A DNA stretch of 64,000 nucleotides from Bryobacterales bacterium (lineage in GTDB: Bacteria > Acidobacteriota > Terriglobia > Bryobacterales > Bryobacteraceae), in NCBI GenBank assembly GCA_963703295.1, contig OY969810.1:1232001-1296000 (forward strand), in the 5' to 3' direction. Shown piece after piece: positions 1-9,670 of this stretch. The notes under the pieces are model-generated. The model made no database searches and was not told the origin of the DNA. It saw nothing but the letters and a program-made list of their open reading frames with translations. Every line of letters begins with the position of its first letter. The stretch's first letter is position 1. The position numbers and the translations under genes were made by a program.

Positions 1-185
1 CCAGTTTTCAGATGCCACCAGGTGTCGCTGTCGGCCACCTCGGGCGAAAACCAGATGAAAAGCAGCACGACGCCCAACAATATGATGGCCGGTTTGAACC
101 AGTCCGGAACGAGGAGCGGCGGCGCGGCCGGGGCTGCCGGTGCGGTAACGGTCTTGGCCGCGCGATTGGCGGAGCGCTGACGCAT
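1..185 (-). CDS. N-terminal part of a membrane protein (gene runs off the left edge of the window)
   Basis: Reverse-strand ATG (cat at 183-185) opens a frame reading MRQRSANRAAKTVTAPAAPAAPPLLVPDWFKPAIILLGVVLLFIWFSPEVADSDTWWHLKTG. It contains a hydrophobic TM segment and has no stop before position 1. Same strand as the amidohydrolase gene and about 30 nt downstream of its stop. Confidence 0.4.
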   Translation of the reverse strand, partial: MRQRSANRAAKTVTAPAAPAAPPLLVPDWFKPAIILLGVVLLFIWFSPEVADSDTWWHLKT

Positions 186-217
186 GGGAACTACCGATTC
201 TAGCAGTGGCGCAGCGC

Positions 218-1045
218 TTACAGACCGTAGGCTTCGGTCGCGGTCCCGCCCAGGATGCGATCTTGTTCCGTTTGAGACAGCTTTGCAATCGCGGCTCGAA
301 CCGTGCGGTACCAGCGTTCGTAGTCGCTGGCCAGAAGCATCACCGGCCAATCCGACCCATACATCAGGCGGCGCGGTCCGAACGCCCCGAGCGCCACGTC
401 GATATATGGCTGCAGGATTTCAGGCGTCCAATGGGGATCGGCTTCGGTTACCATGCCTGAAAGTTTGCAGTAGACGTTTTGCCGCTTCGCCAGTTCGCGC
501 ATATTGCGGTCCCACGGAGAGATAATCTTGTCCTTAATCCGTGGTTTGGCTACGTGATCGAGGATGAAGGTCTGGTTGGGGTGCCGGTCGACGAACTCGA
601 TCGCCGCCGGAAGATGGCGCTCGAAAATCAAGATGTCGTATCGCAGGCCGAATTCGCGGAGCGCTTTCACGCCGTCATTGAAATCCGGGCGCAAAATGTA
701 GCGCGGGTCTGCTTCGTCTTGCACTACGTGGCGGACGCTGCGAAGCTTCGGGCGCTTGGCATATTGTTCCAGAGTCCGTTTCACACCGGCCCCTTCGGTT
801 AGCGGAAACCAGCCCACCACGCCTCGAATCAGCGGGTGCTTTTCGGCAAGACCCAGCAGCCAATCGGTCTCTTCCACGGTGGAGCGCGCCTGCACGGCCA
901 CGGTTCCCTCAATGCCGAAGTGATGCATGAGCGGTTCCAGGTCCGCCGGCAGGAAATCGCGGCGAATCGCCTTATTCGCGGGCGTGATCCAGCCATACTC
1001 CGCCGCGCTGTATTTCCAAAGGTGATGGTGAGCGTCGATGGTCAT
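218..1045 (-). CDS. Amidohydrolase-2 family metal-dependent hydrolase (L-fuconolactonase-like)
   Basis: 275-aa ORF with the N-terminal IDAHHHLW metal-binding motif, DHVAKP, and a C-terminal GSDWPV motif typical of COG3618/Amidohydro_2 lactonases. Lies 5 nt downstream of the DUF1501 gene on the same strand. Confidence 0.85.
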   Translation of the reverse strand: MTIDAHHHLWKYSAAEYGWITPANKAIRRDFLPADLEPLMHHFGIEGTVAVQARSTVEETDWLLGLAEKHPLIRGVVGWFPLTEGAGVKRTLEQYAKRPKLRSVRHVVQDEADPRYILRPDFNDGVKALREFGLRYDILIFERHLPAAIEFVDRHPNQTFILDHVAKPRIKDKIISPWDRNMRELAKRQNVYCKLSGMVTEADPHWTPEILQPYIDVALGAFGPRRLMYGSDWPVMLLASDYERWYRTVRAAIAKLSQTEQDRILGGTATEAYGL

Positions 1046-1050
1046 GGAAG

Positions 1051-2493
1051 CTATGCGAAGATCCCATCGTGCACGTTGCCGGCGGTGTCAGTCAGCCGGA
1101 AATCGCGCCCTGAATAGCGATAGGTTAGCTTCAGATGATCCAACCCGAGGAGCGCCAGCAGGGTGGCGTGGAAATCGTGAATATGCATGCGGTTTTCCGC
1201 CGCGTGGTAGCCGAACTCGTCCGTCGCTCCATATGCGAAACCGGACTTCACGCCGCCGCCCGCCATGAAAAGCGAGTATCCATAAGGATTGTGGTCCCTG
1301 CCGTTGCCGCTTTCCGATACCGGTGTGCGTCCAAACTCCCCGGACCAGACGACTAAAGTATCTTTCAAGAGACCGCGCGCCTTCAGATCCTTCAATAACC
1401 CGGCGATGGGTTTGTCTACTTCCGCCGCATTTTCGTTGTGCTTTTGGAAAAGGTCGGAATGCTGGTCCCACTTATAACTGTGAGTGCACTGGATGAAGCG
1501 AACGTCCGCCTCCGCAAGGCGGCGCGCCAGCAGACATTGCCAGCCGAAATCGGCAGTCTTTGGTTCGTCGAGGCCGTAAAGCTTCTTGGTCTCGTCCGAT
1601 TCTTTCGACACGTCGAAAACTTTGGCCGCTTCGGCTTGCATGCGAAAACCCATCTCGAACGATTGAATGCGGGTTTCGAGTTCTTCGTCCTGTTTCCAGA
1701 GCTCCTGGTGTTTCCGGTTGATGGCCTGGATCATATCGAGCTCATAGCGCTGTTGTTCGCGCGTGAGCCCCTGATTGACCAGGTATTCGATCGGCTCCTT
1801 CTGAATCTCGGTGACCTGCATGCCGGCGTTGCCGATTGCCGTTCCCTGCACGGCGCCGGGCAGAAAGCCGGAGGCCCAATTCTTCGAGCCGCCATGCGCC
1901 AGCGCGGGCTTTATGGTGATGTATCCGGGAAGGTTCCGATTCTGCGAACCCAGCCCATACAACACCCACGAGCCCATGCTTGGCCGCGTAAAGGTGAACG
2001 TGCCGGTAAAGGTCTGCAGCAGCGCGGCGCCATGGTCCACGCCCTCGCCGACCATAGAGCGCACCACACAGAGGTCGTCCGCACACTCACGGATATTGGG
2101 GAACAGATCGCTAATGGGCAATCCGCTCTGGCCGCAATTCTTGAATTTCCAGGGCGACTTCATCAGGCCGCCGGTCTTGCCCGCGGCAAAGGTCAGCGGC
2201 TGCTTGATCGGCAGGGGCTTACCGTCGTTGGCGTCGAGGTAGGGTTTGGGATCGAACGTATCGATGGACGATGGTCCGCCGTGCATGAAGAGGAAGATCA
2301 CGCGCTTGGCGCGGGCCGGAAACATGGGCGACTTCGGCGCCAGTGGGTCGTCGGAAGGGTTGGCCAGCGCTAAGTCGGAAAGCAACGATTGCAGGCCCAT
2401 ATAGCCAAAGCCGCAGCCGGCAGCGCGCAGCATGCCGCGACGCGAAAGCTGCGAGTTTCTCGGAGCCTTGGTGAGATATGACCGGATATCCAT
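1051..2493 (-). CDS. DUF1501 domain protein (sulfatase-like fold, Tat signal)
   Basis: ORF 1051..2565. Preferred start is ATG at 2493 (MDIRSYL...), preceded by AGGAGGG. It carries the twin-arginine motif SRRGMLRAAG. The body (FMHGGPSSIDTFDPKP ... GRDHNPYGYSLFMAGGG) is typical of DUF1501. Confidence 0.9.
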   Translation of the reverse strand: MDIRSYLTKAPRNSQLSRRGMLRAAGCGFGYMGLQSLLSDLALANPSDDPLAPKSPMFPARAKRVIFLFMHGGPSSIDTFDPKPYLDANDGKPLPIKQPLTFAAGKTGGLMKSPWKFKNCGQSGLPISDLFPNIRECADDLCVVRSMVGEGVDHGAALLQTFTGTFTFTRPSMGSWVLYGLGSQNRNLPGYITIKPALAHGGSKNWASGFLPGAVQGTAIGNAGMQVTEIQKEPIEYLVNQGLTREQQRYELDMIQAINRKHQELWKQDEELETRIQSFEMGFRMQAEAAKVFDVSKESDETKKLYGLDEPKTADFGWQCLLARRLAEADVRFIQCTHSYKWDQHSDLFQKHNENAAEVDKPIAGLLKDLKARGLLKDTLVVWSGEFGRTPVSESGNGRDHNPYGYSLFMAGGGVKSGFAYGATDEFGYHAAENRMHIHDFHATLLALLGLDHLKLTYRYSGRDFRLTDTAGNVHDGIFA

Positions 2494-2507
2494 GGGATGG
2501 GGCCCTC

Positions 2508-5336
2508 CTAATATATAAAGATAAATTCGTTCGAGACCATTAGCGCGTGCGTCAGACTGGTCCACGCCTGTTCTTCACCGATCTGATTCCACTTCCGCCG
2601 GAAATTTGCCATATAGCTCAGCCCCTGATCGATCTCGTTTGCATCGGGACGGCGGTCAAGCACTCGCAAATAGATCTCCTGCATGCGGCGCTTATCCTGT
2701 TTTTCCTGCTTCAAGGCGGCATCCGCCACATTTTTCGCTTCCCGATTCACCATGGGGCTGTTCATCGCGAACAGCGCCTGTGTGGCGACCGTAGTGGAAC
2801 TGCGATGTCCTTCGGGCGTAGCGGCGTCGCCGAAATCAAACAGCGTGTAAAGCGTGGGCAGATTCGAGCGTCGCAAGGGCAGATAAATGCTGCGCCGGTT
2901 GGTCTTTTCCGGATTCATGCTGATGCGGCCGGCGCTGGTTTCGCCATCGGTGCCGACGCCCGGATCGAGCGTACCGCCCATCGTCAGATCGAGCTCACCG
3001 CCCATGGCGAGGTAAGCGTCGCGAATCTCCTCAATGCTGAGGCGTTGCCGAGGGAAATGCGAAAGCAGCCGATCTTCCGGATCTTTGGCTTTCGTCTCCT
3101 CGTCATATACGGCGCTCATCTGGTAGGTTTTGGACAACATAATTAACCGGTGCATCTTTTTGATGGACCAGCCGTCATCCATAAAACTCTTGGCCAAATA
3201 GTCGAGCAATTCGGGATTGCTGGGCCGGTCGCCCAGCCGACCATAGTTCTCAGGTGTGCGGACGATGCCATCGCCGAAGTGCCCCTGCCAGATGCGGTTC
3301 GCCATCACGCGTGAGGGAAGGGGATTGCGGCGGTCGACGATCCATTCCGCTAGTTCCAAACGGCCGCTCTTCGTCTTGACTTCGGGAGCGGGCGCGCTGA
3401 TGCGAAGGATGGAAGGCACGGTGTGATCCACCGGGTCTCCCAGGTTGTGATAGTCGCCGCGCAGGAAGACCTTTTGAGCGACGGAGTCGCCCTCTTTCAC
3501 GGCGCACGCCATGGGAATTTCCTGGGTGGGAAGCGTCTTTTCCATCGCCGCGGCTTGTTCCAGTAACGCGGCAAGATCCTTTGCCTTTTCCGCCGGGATC
3601 GAGGCTATCTGCTCCTCTTTGGAGCGAAAGAACGGACCGCTATCCTGCCATACGGCGACGAAGAACCCGTCTTTGTCGGCGCTCATGCGAGGATGTGGGC
3701 CTGCGATCTTCCCCGCGTTTGGAAAGCTACCCTGCGCCTGTTTCCACCAACTCAGATCCTGATCGTATTGATAGGCGCTGCGATGGAACTCCTCTTGATA
3801 TTGCGCTGCAATCTCTTTGCGGTTGGCATCCGTTGCAGCCCGCCATTTAGCCAGTTCGGGCCGCTTGGCGTCTTTGAGATATTCCACCCAGCGGGCGAGC
3901 AGCTTTTCATCCAGATTTGCGGCGGTCGCGACGCCGGGCGCGGCTTCGCCCTTGCCGTAGACGCGATACGCCGCCAGCATGTCGGCCGCAATGCCCGGCT
4001 CCATTTTGGAGCGATACTTCTGCGCGTCCTTATCGAAGTCGATGATCGCCGCGACCTTTCTCTCAAGCGCGTTATAAGCGCTCCACTTTTTCTTGAAGGC
4101 TTCAAACTCTCCGGCGGCCGCGAGCGGCGTCTGGATCGGGTCTCCGGTTTCCCCTCCTGCGTAGCTAAGCGTGGAGGCGAAAATGCCGGCCAACTGGTAA
4201 TAGTCTTTGGTGGCGATGGGGTCGAATTTATGGTCGTGGCAACGCGCGCAAGCCACCGTCAGACCGAGGAACGCCTTGGATGTAACGTCGATTTGATCGT
4301 CGACCACGTCATAGCGCTTGAGCGGAAGATCCTTCTGGGCTAGCGCCTTTTTACCCAGCGCCAGGAATCCGGTGGCGACGATGCCGCGGTAGCCTACGCC
4401 TGAGTTCGGATCGGCCGCCAGGATATCGCCGGCGAGTTGCTCGCGAACGAACTGGTCGTAGGGCAAATCGTCGTTGAATGCCTGCACGACGTAATCGCGA
4501 TAGCGCCAGGCGTGAGGATAGCGATGGTCTTCATCGCTGCCGGTAGAATCGGCGTAGCGCATGACATCGAGCCAATGCCGTGCCCAGCGCTCGCCGTAGC
4601 GCGGAGAGGCGAGTAAACGATCGACCACCGTTTCAAATGCCTTGGGCGAATTATCCGCCAGGAAATCGCGCAGCTCTTTTTCGGTAGGCGGCAGGCCTGT
4701 GAGATCGAACGTCGCGCGGCGGAGAAGAGTGGTTTTGTCCGCGGGCCGCGCGGGCTTCATTCCATTCTTTTCGAGGTTGGCAAGGATGAACTGGTCGATT
4801 GGATTGGTAGCCCAATCCTTCTGTTTAGGAGCGGGTGGCGCGGCCTGAGAGAGCGGTTTATAGGACCAGAAGTTCTTGTCGAAGTCGGTGATTACGCCGC
4901 GTAGCGCGACGGGGCGAACGCCGGTTCCCGTGAGAGAATCGCCCGCCGTAGGGGTTGCCGCGGGCGCCGGCGCTCCGGCTGCGACCCATTCACGCACCGC
5001 GGCGATGGTCTCAGCCGGCAGTTTGCCCTGGGGCGGCATCTTGATTTGGCTCTCATAACTCAGAGCTTTCAGAATGGGACTCTTTTCCGGTTCGGCGGCG
5101 CTGCCAAAGATGCCCATGGATGCGGCTTCTTTAATGGCGTTGGGAGAACTGAGATCGAAGCCCCCGCTCTTCAGCTTGGCGTTATGGCAACCCTCACACT
5201 TTTCGGCGAACAGCGGACGGGCGTTCTTTTCGAAAAGCTCTAGTTGGGCCGGCGTCTGAGCTAGCCCGGTCTTGCCGGCAACGGCGCTCAACGCCCATAC
5301 GGCAAGGCAAAATCGCAGTGCGGTTCCACAGGTCAT
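2508..5336 (-). CDS. PSCyt1/DUF1549/DUF1553 (PSD) family protein with N-terminal CxxCH
   Basis: 952-aa ORF. Preferred ATG at 5336 gives the signal peptide MTCGTALRFCLAVWALSAVAG. Contains a CEGCH heme-type motif and the ACARCHDHKFDP motif characteristic of DUF1549/DUF1553. It is the classic partner of the downstream DUF1501 gene. Confidence 0.9.
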   Translation of the reverse strand: MTCGTALRFCLAVWALSAVAGKTGLAQTPAQLELFEKNARPLFAEKCEGCHNAKLKSGGFDLSSPNAIKEAASMGIFGSAAEPEKSPILKALSYESQIKMPPQGKLPAETIAAVREWVAAGAPAPAATPTAGDSLTGTGVRPVALRGVITDFDKNFWSYKPLSQAAPPAPKQKDWATNPIDQFILANLEKNGMKPARPADKTTLLRRATFDLTGLPPTEKELRDFLADNSPKAFETVVDRLLASPRYGERWARHWLDVMRYADSTGSDEDHRYPHAWRYRDYVVQAFNDDLPYDQFVREQLAGDILAADPNSGVGYRGIVATGFLALGKKALAQKDLPLKRYDVVDDQIDVTSKAFLGLTVACARCHDHKFDPIATKDYYQLAGIFASTLSYAGGETGDPIQTPLAAAGEFEAFKKKWSAYNALERKVAAIIDFDKDAQKYRSKMEPGIAADMLAAYRVYGKGEAAPGVATAANLDEKLLARWVEYLKDAKRPELAKWRAATDANRKEIAAQYQEEFHRSAYQYDQDLSWWKQAQGSFPNAGKIAGPHPRMSADKDGFFVAVWQDSGPFFRSKEEQIASIPAEKAKDLAALLEQAAAMEKTLPTQEIPMACAVKEGDSVAQKVFLRGDYHNLGDPVDHTVPSILRISAPAPEVKTKSGRLELAEWIVDRRNPLPSRVMANRIWQGHFGDGIVRTPENYGRLGDRPSNPELLDYLAKSFMDDGWSIKKMHRLIMLSKTYQMSAVYDEETKAKDPEDRLLSHFPRQRLSIEEIRDAYLAMGGELDLTMGGTLDPGVGTDGETSAGRISMNPEKTNRRSIYLPLRRSNLPTLYTLFDFGDAATPEGHRSSTTVATQALFAMNSPMVNREAKNVADAALKQEKQDKRRMQEIYLRVLDRRPDANEIDQGLSYMANFRRKWNQIGEEQAWTSLTHALMVSNEFIFIY

Positions 5337-5572
5337 CGATTTCCCGGTAGCGCGTCGGTCAAACAACGTATTAAGAGCATATCATCGTCGAAAAGCGGGT
5401 TGAATAGCCTCGCAATCCAGTAACGCTCGAATGGGCTTTAGCGTGCTATGCAGTCCTTATAGAAGTGCGAAAAGGGGCCGCTGTTTGTGCGCAATATTTA
5501 GCGCGCTAGTCGTATGCGCGTGAGCAGACCGTGGCGGCTACGGCGATATCGGGTTATAGACTGAGAGAGCGC

Positions 5573-6082
5573 ATGAGCCCGAATACCCCACAAACCACGC
5601 TAGATGCGTTGATTTTACGGGCTGGAACATATACTTGCGCGATGGCATCGGACCGAATCGCCGAGCTGATTCTAATTCCGGCGCTGATTCGCGTTCCGGG
5701 GCAGCCATCCATACTGGACGGGTTCCTGAATCTGCGTGGGACGGCGATTCCGGTGGTTTCTTTGCAGCGCCTGTTTCATCACCAGGCGCCGGAGCCGGAT
5801 TTGCACACCCCCTTGTTGGTAATAACGACATCTACCGGGCCGTTGGCGCTGCGCGTGGACCGATTGGAAGAAGTGGTGGCGATAGATGGCAACAGTCTGC
5901 TGCCCTACGCGTCCGTGGATTCGCTAAACGAGTGCGCGACGGCGCAGTTTGAGTGGAACGGGCAAGCGGTTGCGATGCTTTCACCGGAGCGTTTGCTGCT
6001 GACGAAAGAGCGCGAGTGCCTGGCCGATTTGCAGGCGCAGACGCAAGAGCGGCTAGAGAGTCTCGAGGCGACGGCCACATGA
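5573..6082 (+). CDS. cheW: CheW-like coupling protein
   Basis: CheW-domain sequence (ILRAGTYTCAMASDRIAELILIPALIRVPGQPSILDGFLNLRGTAIPVVSLQRLF). ATG at 5573 is preferred over the upstream GTG at 5531. The stop overlaps the cheR start (ATGA at 6079-6082). Confidence 0.85.
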   Translation: MSPNTPQTTLDALILRAGTYTCAMASDRIAELILIPALIRVPGQPSILDGFLNLRGTAIPVVSLQRLFHHQAPEPDLHTPLLVITTSTGPLALRVDRLEEVVAIDGNSLLPYASVDSLNECATAQFEWNGQAVAMLSPERLLLTKERECLADLQAQTQERLESLEATAT

Positions 6083-7479
6083 AAGCCGGCGATGTAAACC
6101 TCGCGACCATACTGGCAGATCCCTGGTTTCCTTCCCTCAAGCGTTACGTTCTTAGCCACACCGGGCTTTCGTATTACGCAGATAAGGACGAGGATCTGGC
6201 GGCGCGTGTGGCGCGGCGGATGAGCGTGCTACCCGCTTCGAATTGCAAACTCTATCTTGCGCTGCTTGAAGGTGGCGAGGCGGGCGCACGCGAGATGGCG
6301 TCGCTGGTAGAGGCGCTGACCATTGGGGAGACCTATTTCTTCCGGCAGGTTGAGCATTTCGATGTGTTGCGCAGCATGATCATTCCTTCGTTGATCGAGC
6401 GGAACGCGGAGAGCCGCCGCATCCGTATCTGGAGCGCGGGGTGCGCCACGGGAGAGGAGCCCTACTCCATTGCAATTTTGCTGGAACAGTTCTTTGGGGC
6501 CGAATTGAAGGACTGGGATGTTTCCATTCTGGCCAGCGACATCAATAGCAGTTTTCTGGCGCGCGCGAAAGATGCGCAATACACGGAATGGGCCTTCCGC
6601 GCGACGCCACATGAAATCCGCGAGCAGTGCTTCGATCGCCACGGCGCCCTATGGACGCTGCGGCCGGCATACCGGAAGCGGGTGATGTTTCAGCGGCTCA
6701 ATCTGGCCGCTGCCCCGTCGATATTTTCCCTGGACGTCTTCGATCTGATTTTCTGCCGCAACGTGATGATCTATTTCTCGGCCGATTTGATTGAGGAAAC
6801 AGTGAAGGGATTTTGGGAGGGGTTGAATCCAGGTGGTTGGCTGGTTGTTGGACATGCCGAGTTCAACCCCGCGGTGTTCACGAAATTCGCCCGGGTGTGC
6901 GTGCGCGATGTGAGCGTTTATCAGAAGCCTGCATCGAGCATTGCGCGGCTAAACAGGGTTTGTACAATTCCGTCCGTTCCCCCCGAAGCTGAACCAATCC
7001 CAACCGGAAAGCGGAAGGAGTTATTGCCAGCGGTTGAGGCGCCAACAACGGCGACTTCTCCCTCAGGGGCGGGAATTCTCCAAGAGGTTCGCGATCTGGC
7101 GGACCGTGGATCGTGGCAAGCGGCGGCGTCCTTAGGTAAGCACTTGAGCGAGCGTGAGCCCCTGAGCGCGGCGGCGCACTTCACTCTCGGACTGATCCTC
7201 GAGAGCATCGCATCGCCCGCGGAGGCGGAACGGTCGCTGCGGCGAGCGGTATATCTCGACCGGAACTTTGCGCTGGCGCACTATCACCTGGCGAGTTGCC
7301 TGCAGAACGGAGGCAAAGAGGCGCAGGCCCGGAAGTCCTTTCAAAACGTAATTCAGCTTTTGAAGGATCGACCTGCCGACGAACGAGTGGAACATGGCGA
7401 CGGCATGACCGGGGCCGATTTGAGCGAGTTGGCGAAGCTTCACCTTGAGATTCTGGAGGCGCGTGAAAGATCGGCATAA
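6079..7479 (+). CDS. cheR: Chemotaxis protein methyltransferase CheR with C-terminal TPR region
   Basis: CheR SAM-methyltransferase motifs (TIGETYFFR, IRIWSAGCATGEEPYSIAI, IFCRNVMIYF) followed by a helical repeat tail (AAAHFTLGLILES...AVYLDRNFALAHYHLASCLQ). The start at 6079 overlaps the cheW stop. Confidence 0.9.
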   Translation: MKAGDVNLATILADPWFPSLKRYVLSHTGLSYYADKDEDLAARVARRMSVLPASNCKLYLALLEGGEAGAREMASLVEALTIGETYFFRQVEHFDVLRSMIIPSLIERNAESRRIRIWSAGCATGEEPYSIAILLEQFFGAELKDWDVSILASDINSSFLARAKDAQYTEWAFRATPHEIREQCFDRHGALWTLRPAYRKRVMFQRLNLAAAPSIFSLDVFDLIFCRNVMIYFSADLIEETVKGFWEGLNPGGWLVVGHAEFNPAVFTKFARVCVRDVSVYQKPASSIARLNRVCTIPSVPPEAEPIPTGKRKELLPAVEAPTTATSPSGAGILQEVRDLADRGSWQAAASLGKHLSEREPLSAAAHFTLGLILESIASPAEAERSLRRAVYLDRNFALAHYHLASCLQNGGKEAQARKSFQNVIQLLKDRPADERVEHGDGMTGADLSELAKLHLEILEARERSA

Positions 7480-8041
7480 GATCGATTGGGATGCCGCCCG
7501 GTCAGCCATTGAACGGACACGCGACCGTGTGGGACGGAAAGTGGCGTCGGCCGATTACCGGGAACAGATCTTTCGTCAGCGCGCGGAGATTCTGGCGCGT
7601 CCGCTGACGGCGCCCACCGACACGCGGCAACAGCACAGCCTGCTGGTGTTCTGGGTGGAGGCCGACCGTTTCGCGCTGCCACTTTCCATTGTGACGGAGG
7701 TGCTTGCGGGCCTGCCAATCGCAGCCGTGCCGGGAGCGCCGCCGAATGTGGCGGGCGTCATTCAGGTACGCGGCGAGATCCGGCCCGTGTTTCATCTGAA
7801 CCGGCTATTGGAAACTGCAAGTGCGGAGCAACAGGATACGGTACTGTTAGTGCGACATCGAAACCGTGAAGTGGGACTGCGCATTGGACGCGTGGAAGAC
7901 ATTCGCTCGGTGAGCCAGGACGATCTGCGGGAGGGTCCGGAAGACAACCCCCGTGTGGCGCAAATGACTGCCGATTTCGTTCAGATTTTGGATTTGGACA
8001 TCCTTCTCGATGAGAAGTGGGAAGCAGGGGAGCCGGGATGA
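7463..8041 (+). CDS. cheW: Second CheW-like coupling protein
   Basis: CheW-domain sequence (LLVFWVEADRFALPLSIVTEVL...APPNVAGVIQVRGEIRPVFHLNRLL). GTG at 7463 overlaps the cheR stop; the exact start is uncertain (the ORF opens at 7445). Confidence 0.8.
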   Translation: MKDRHKIDWDAARSAIERTRDRVGRKVASADYREQIFRQRAEILARPLTAPTDTRQQHSLLVFWVEADRFALPLSIVTEVLAGLPIAAVPGAPPNVAGVIQVRGEIRPVFHLNRLLETASAEQQDTVLLVRHRNREVGLRIGRVEDIRSVSQDDLREGPEDNPRVAQMTADFVQILDLDILLDEKWEAGEPG

Positions 8042-8062
8042 GGTTTGGGGGGTGATACGCAG

Positions 8063-9670
8063 ATGAAGATGAAGATTGGCACGCGAATTCTGGTGGGATA
8101 CCTGATAGGCCTCTTGGTCTTCGGCGTAGTGGGGATGGTCGCCTATCGGAGCACGAACGCCTTGGTTGCCAGCGCCGATTCGGTAACGCACACACATCAG
8201 GTAAAAGAGGCCCTGAACGCGGTGCGGTCGAGCCTGATTAACGCAGAAACAGGCCAGCGGGGCTTCATACTTACCGGCGAGGATCGATATCTCGACGCCT
8301 ATCGCACCGGCACGCGAGACGTAGATGGAAACATGACGCGGCTGCGCGAACTCACGTCCGATAACCCGTCGCAGCAGCAGCGGCTTGACCAACTGCAGCA
8401 GTTGGCGGCCGCGAAGTTAAGCGAACTGGCCGAGACGATCGACCTGCGGCGGCAGAAGGGCGAGGCCGCCGCGGTGGCGGTGGTTTTGACGGACCGCGGC
8501 AAGAACGCCATGGACGAAATCCGCAAGCTAATCACCGAGATGGACAGTGAGGAGAGCGCACTACTTCGCGAGCGTGACCGGGAAACGAAGGCGACGTCGC
8601 AGTTCACCAATGGCTCAATTGTTTTGGGGGGGCTGATTGCGGCGGTACTCGCAGTGATTGTTGGGGTGGTTGTACAGCGGTCCATTACAGTGCCGCTATC
8701 CTCATTCATGGAGTTTGCGCGCCGCGTAGGCGGGGGCGACCTGACGCAGAGAGCGAGCGTTGCGGCAGGCGATGAACTGGCCGACCTGGCATCCTATTTG
8801 AATCAGATGGTAGAAGGCTTGCGATCGGTGACGAAAGAAACAGGGCTGGTCACGGAGAACTTGAACGCGGCCATCACGGAGATTTCGGCGACGACGCAAC
8901 AGCAAGCGGCGAGTACGGCGGAGCAAGCCGCGGCAGTGCAGCAGGCAAGCGCGACAATGTCCGAGATTCGTCAATCGGGCGCGCAAATTTCGGATCGCGC
9001 CAAGCAGGTGGCGGCGGCGGCCGAGGCGACCTCGACCACCAGCGCGGCGGGGCTGGCATCCGTGCAGAACACGGCGGCGACAATGGAAAGCATCCGCGAA
9101 CAAGCGGAGGCGGTCGCCGAGAATGTAATCGCGCTGAGCGAGAAGACGCAGGCTGTAGGCGAAATCATTGCCAGCGTGAACGACATCGCGGAGCAATCCC
9201 ACCTGCTGGCGCTGAACGCGGCGATTCAGGCGGCGGCGGCAGGCGAACACGGACGAAGCTTTTCCGTGGTGGCAAGCGAGATGAAAAATCTGGCAGGGCA
9301 ATCGAAGCAGGCGACCGTGCAAGTGCGCTCGATTCTGGGAGATATTCAACGCTCGATTACGAGTTCGGTGATGCTTACGGAAGAAGCGGTTAAGCGCGTG
9401 GAATCGGGACGGCAGCAGGCGAATGTAGCGGACCGCACCATACGACAACTGACGGAAAACATCGAGGAGAGCGTGCGTGCGTTTCAGCAGATTGTGGGGG
9501 GCAGCAGCCAACAACAGATTGGCTTTGAGCAGGTGACGGAGGCGTTCCGCAACATCAGTATGGCGAGCCAGGAGACGGCGACGGGCACGAAACAGTCGGA
9601 AAAGGCCGCGGCGAATCTGGCGGTGCTTTCGCAGCAACTGCGGGGCGCTATGGAGAGATACCGTCTTTGA
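8063..9670 (+). CDS. Methyl-accepting chemotaxis protein with CHASE3-like sensor and HAMP
   Basis: Domain order is TM1, a CHASE3-like periplasmic region (THTHQVKEALNAVRSSLINAETGQRGFILTGEDRYLDAY), TM2, HAMP, then the MCP signalling hairpin (EQSHLLALNAAIQAAAAGEHGRSFSVVASEMKNLAGQS). ATG at 8063. Confidence 0.9.
   Translation: MKMKIGTRILVGYLIGLLVFGVVGMVAYRSTNALVASADSVTHTHQVKEALNAVRSSLINAETGQRGFILTGEDRYLDAYRTGTRDVDGNMTRLRELTSDNPSQQQRLDQLQQLAAAKLSELAETIDLRRQKGEAAAVAVVLTDRGKNAMDEIRKLITEMDSEESALLRERDRETKATSQFTNGSIVLGGLIAAVLAVIVGVVVQRSITVPLSSFMEFARRVGGGDLTQRASVAAGDELADLASYLNQMVEGLRSVTKETGLVTENLNAAITEISATTQQQAASTAEQAAAVQQASATMSEIRQSGAQISDRAKQVAAAAEATSTTSAAGLASVQNTAATMESIREQAEAVAENVIALSEKTQAVGEIIASVNDIAEQSHLLALNAAIQAAAAGEHGRSFSVVASEMKNLAGQSKQATVQVRSILGDIQRSITSSVMLTEEAVKRVESGRQQANVADRTIRQLTENIEESVRAFQQIVGGSSQQQIGFEQVTEAFRNISMASQETATGTKQSEKAAANLAVLSQQLRGAMERYRL

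Noticed and set aside
1438-2373. 311-aa ORF on the plus strand. Similar long antisense ORFs occur at 3693..4343, 8702..9637, 9675..10298, 25911..26648, 29701..30573, 35393..36121, 36675..37517, 40281..41018, 51215..52207, 54362..55735, 60272..61030 and 62384..63406.
   Set aside because: These are shadow ORFs opposite well-supported genes in high-GC DNA. They are Arg/Ala/Gly-rich low-complexity translations with no family resemblance.
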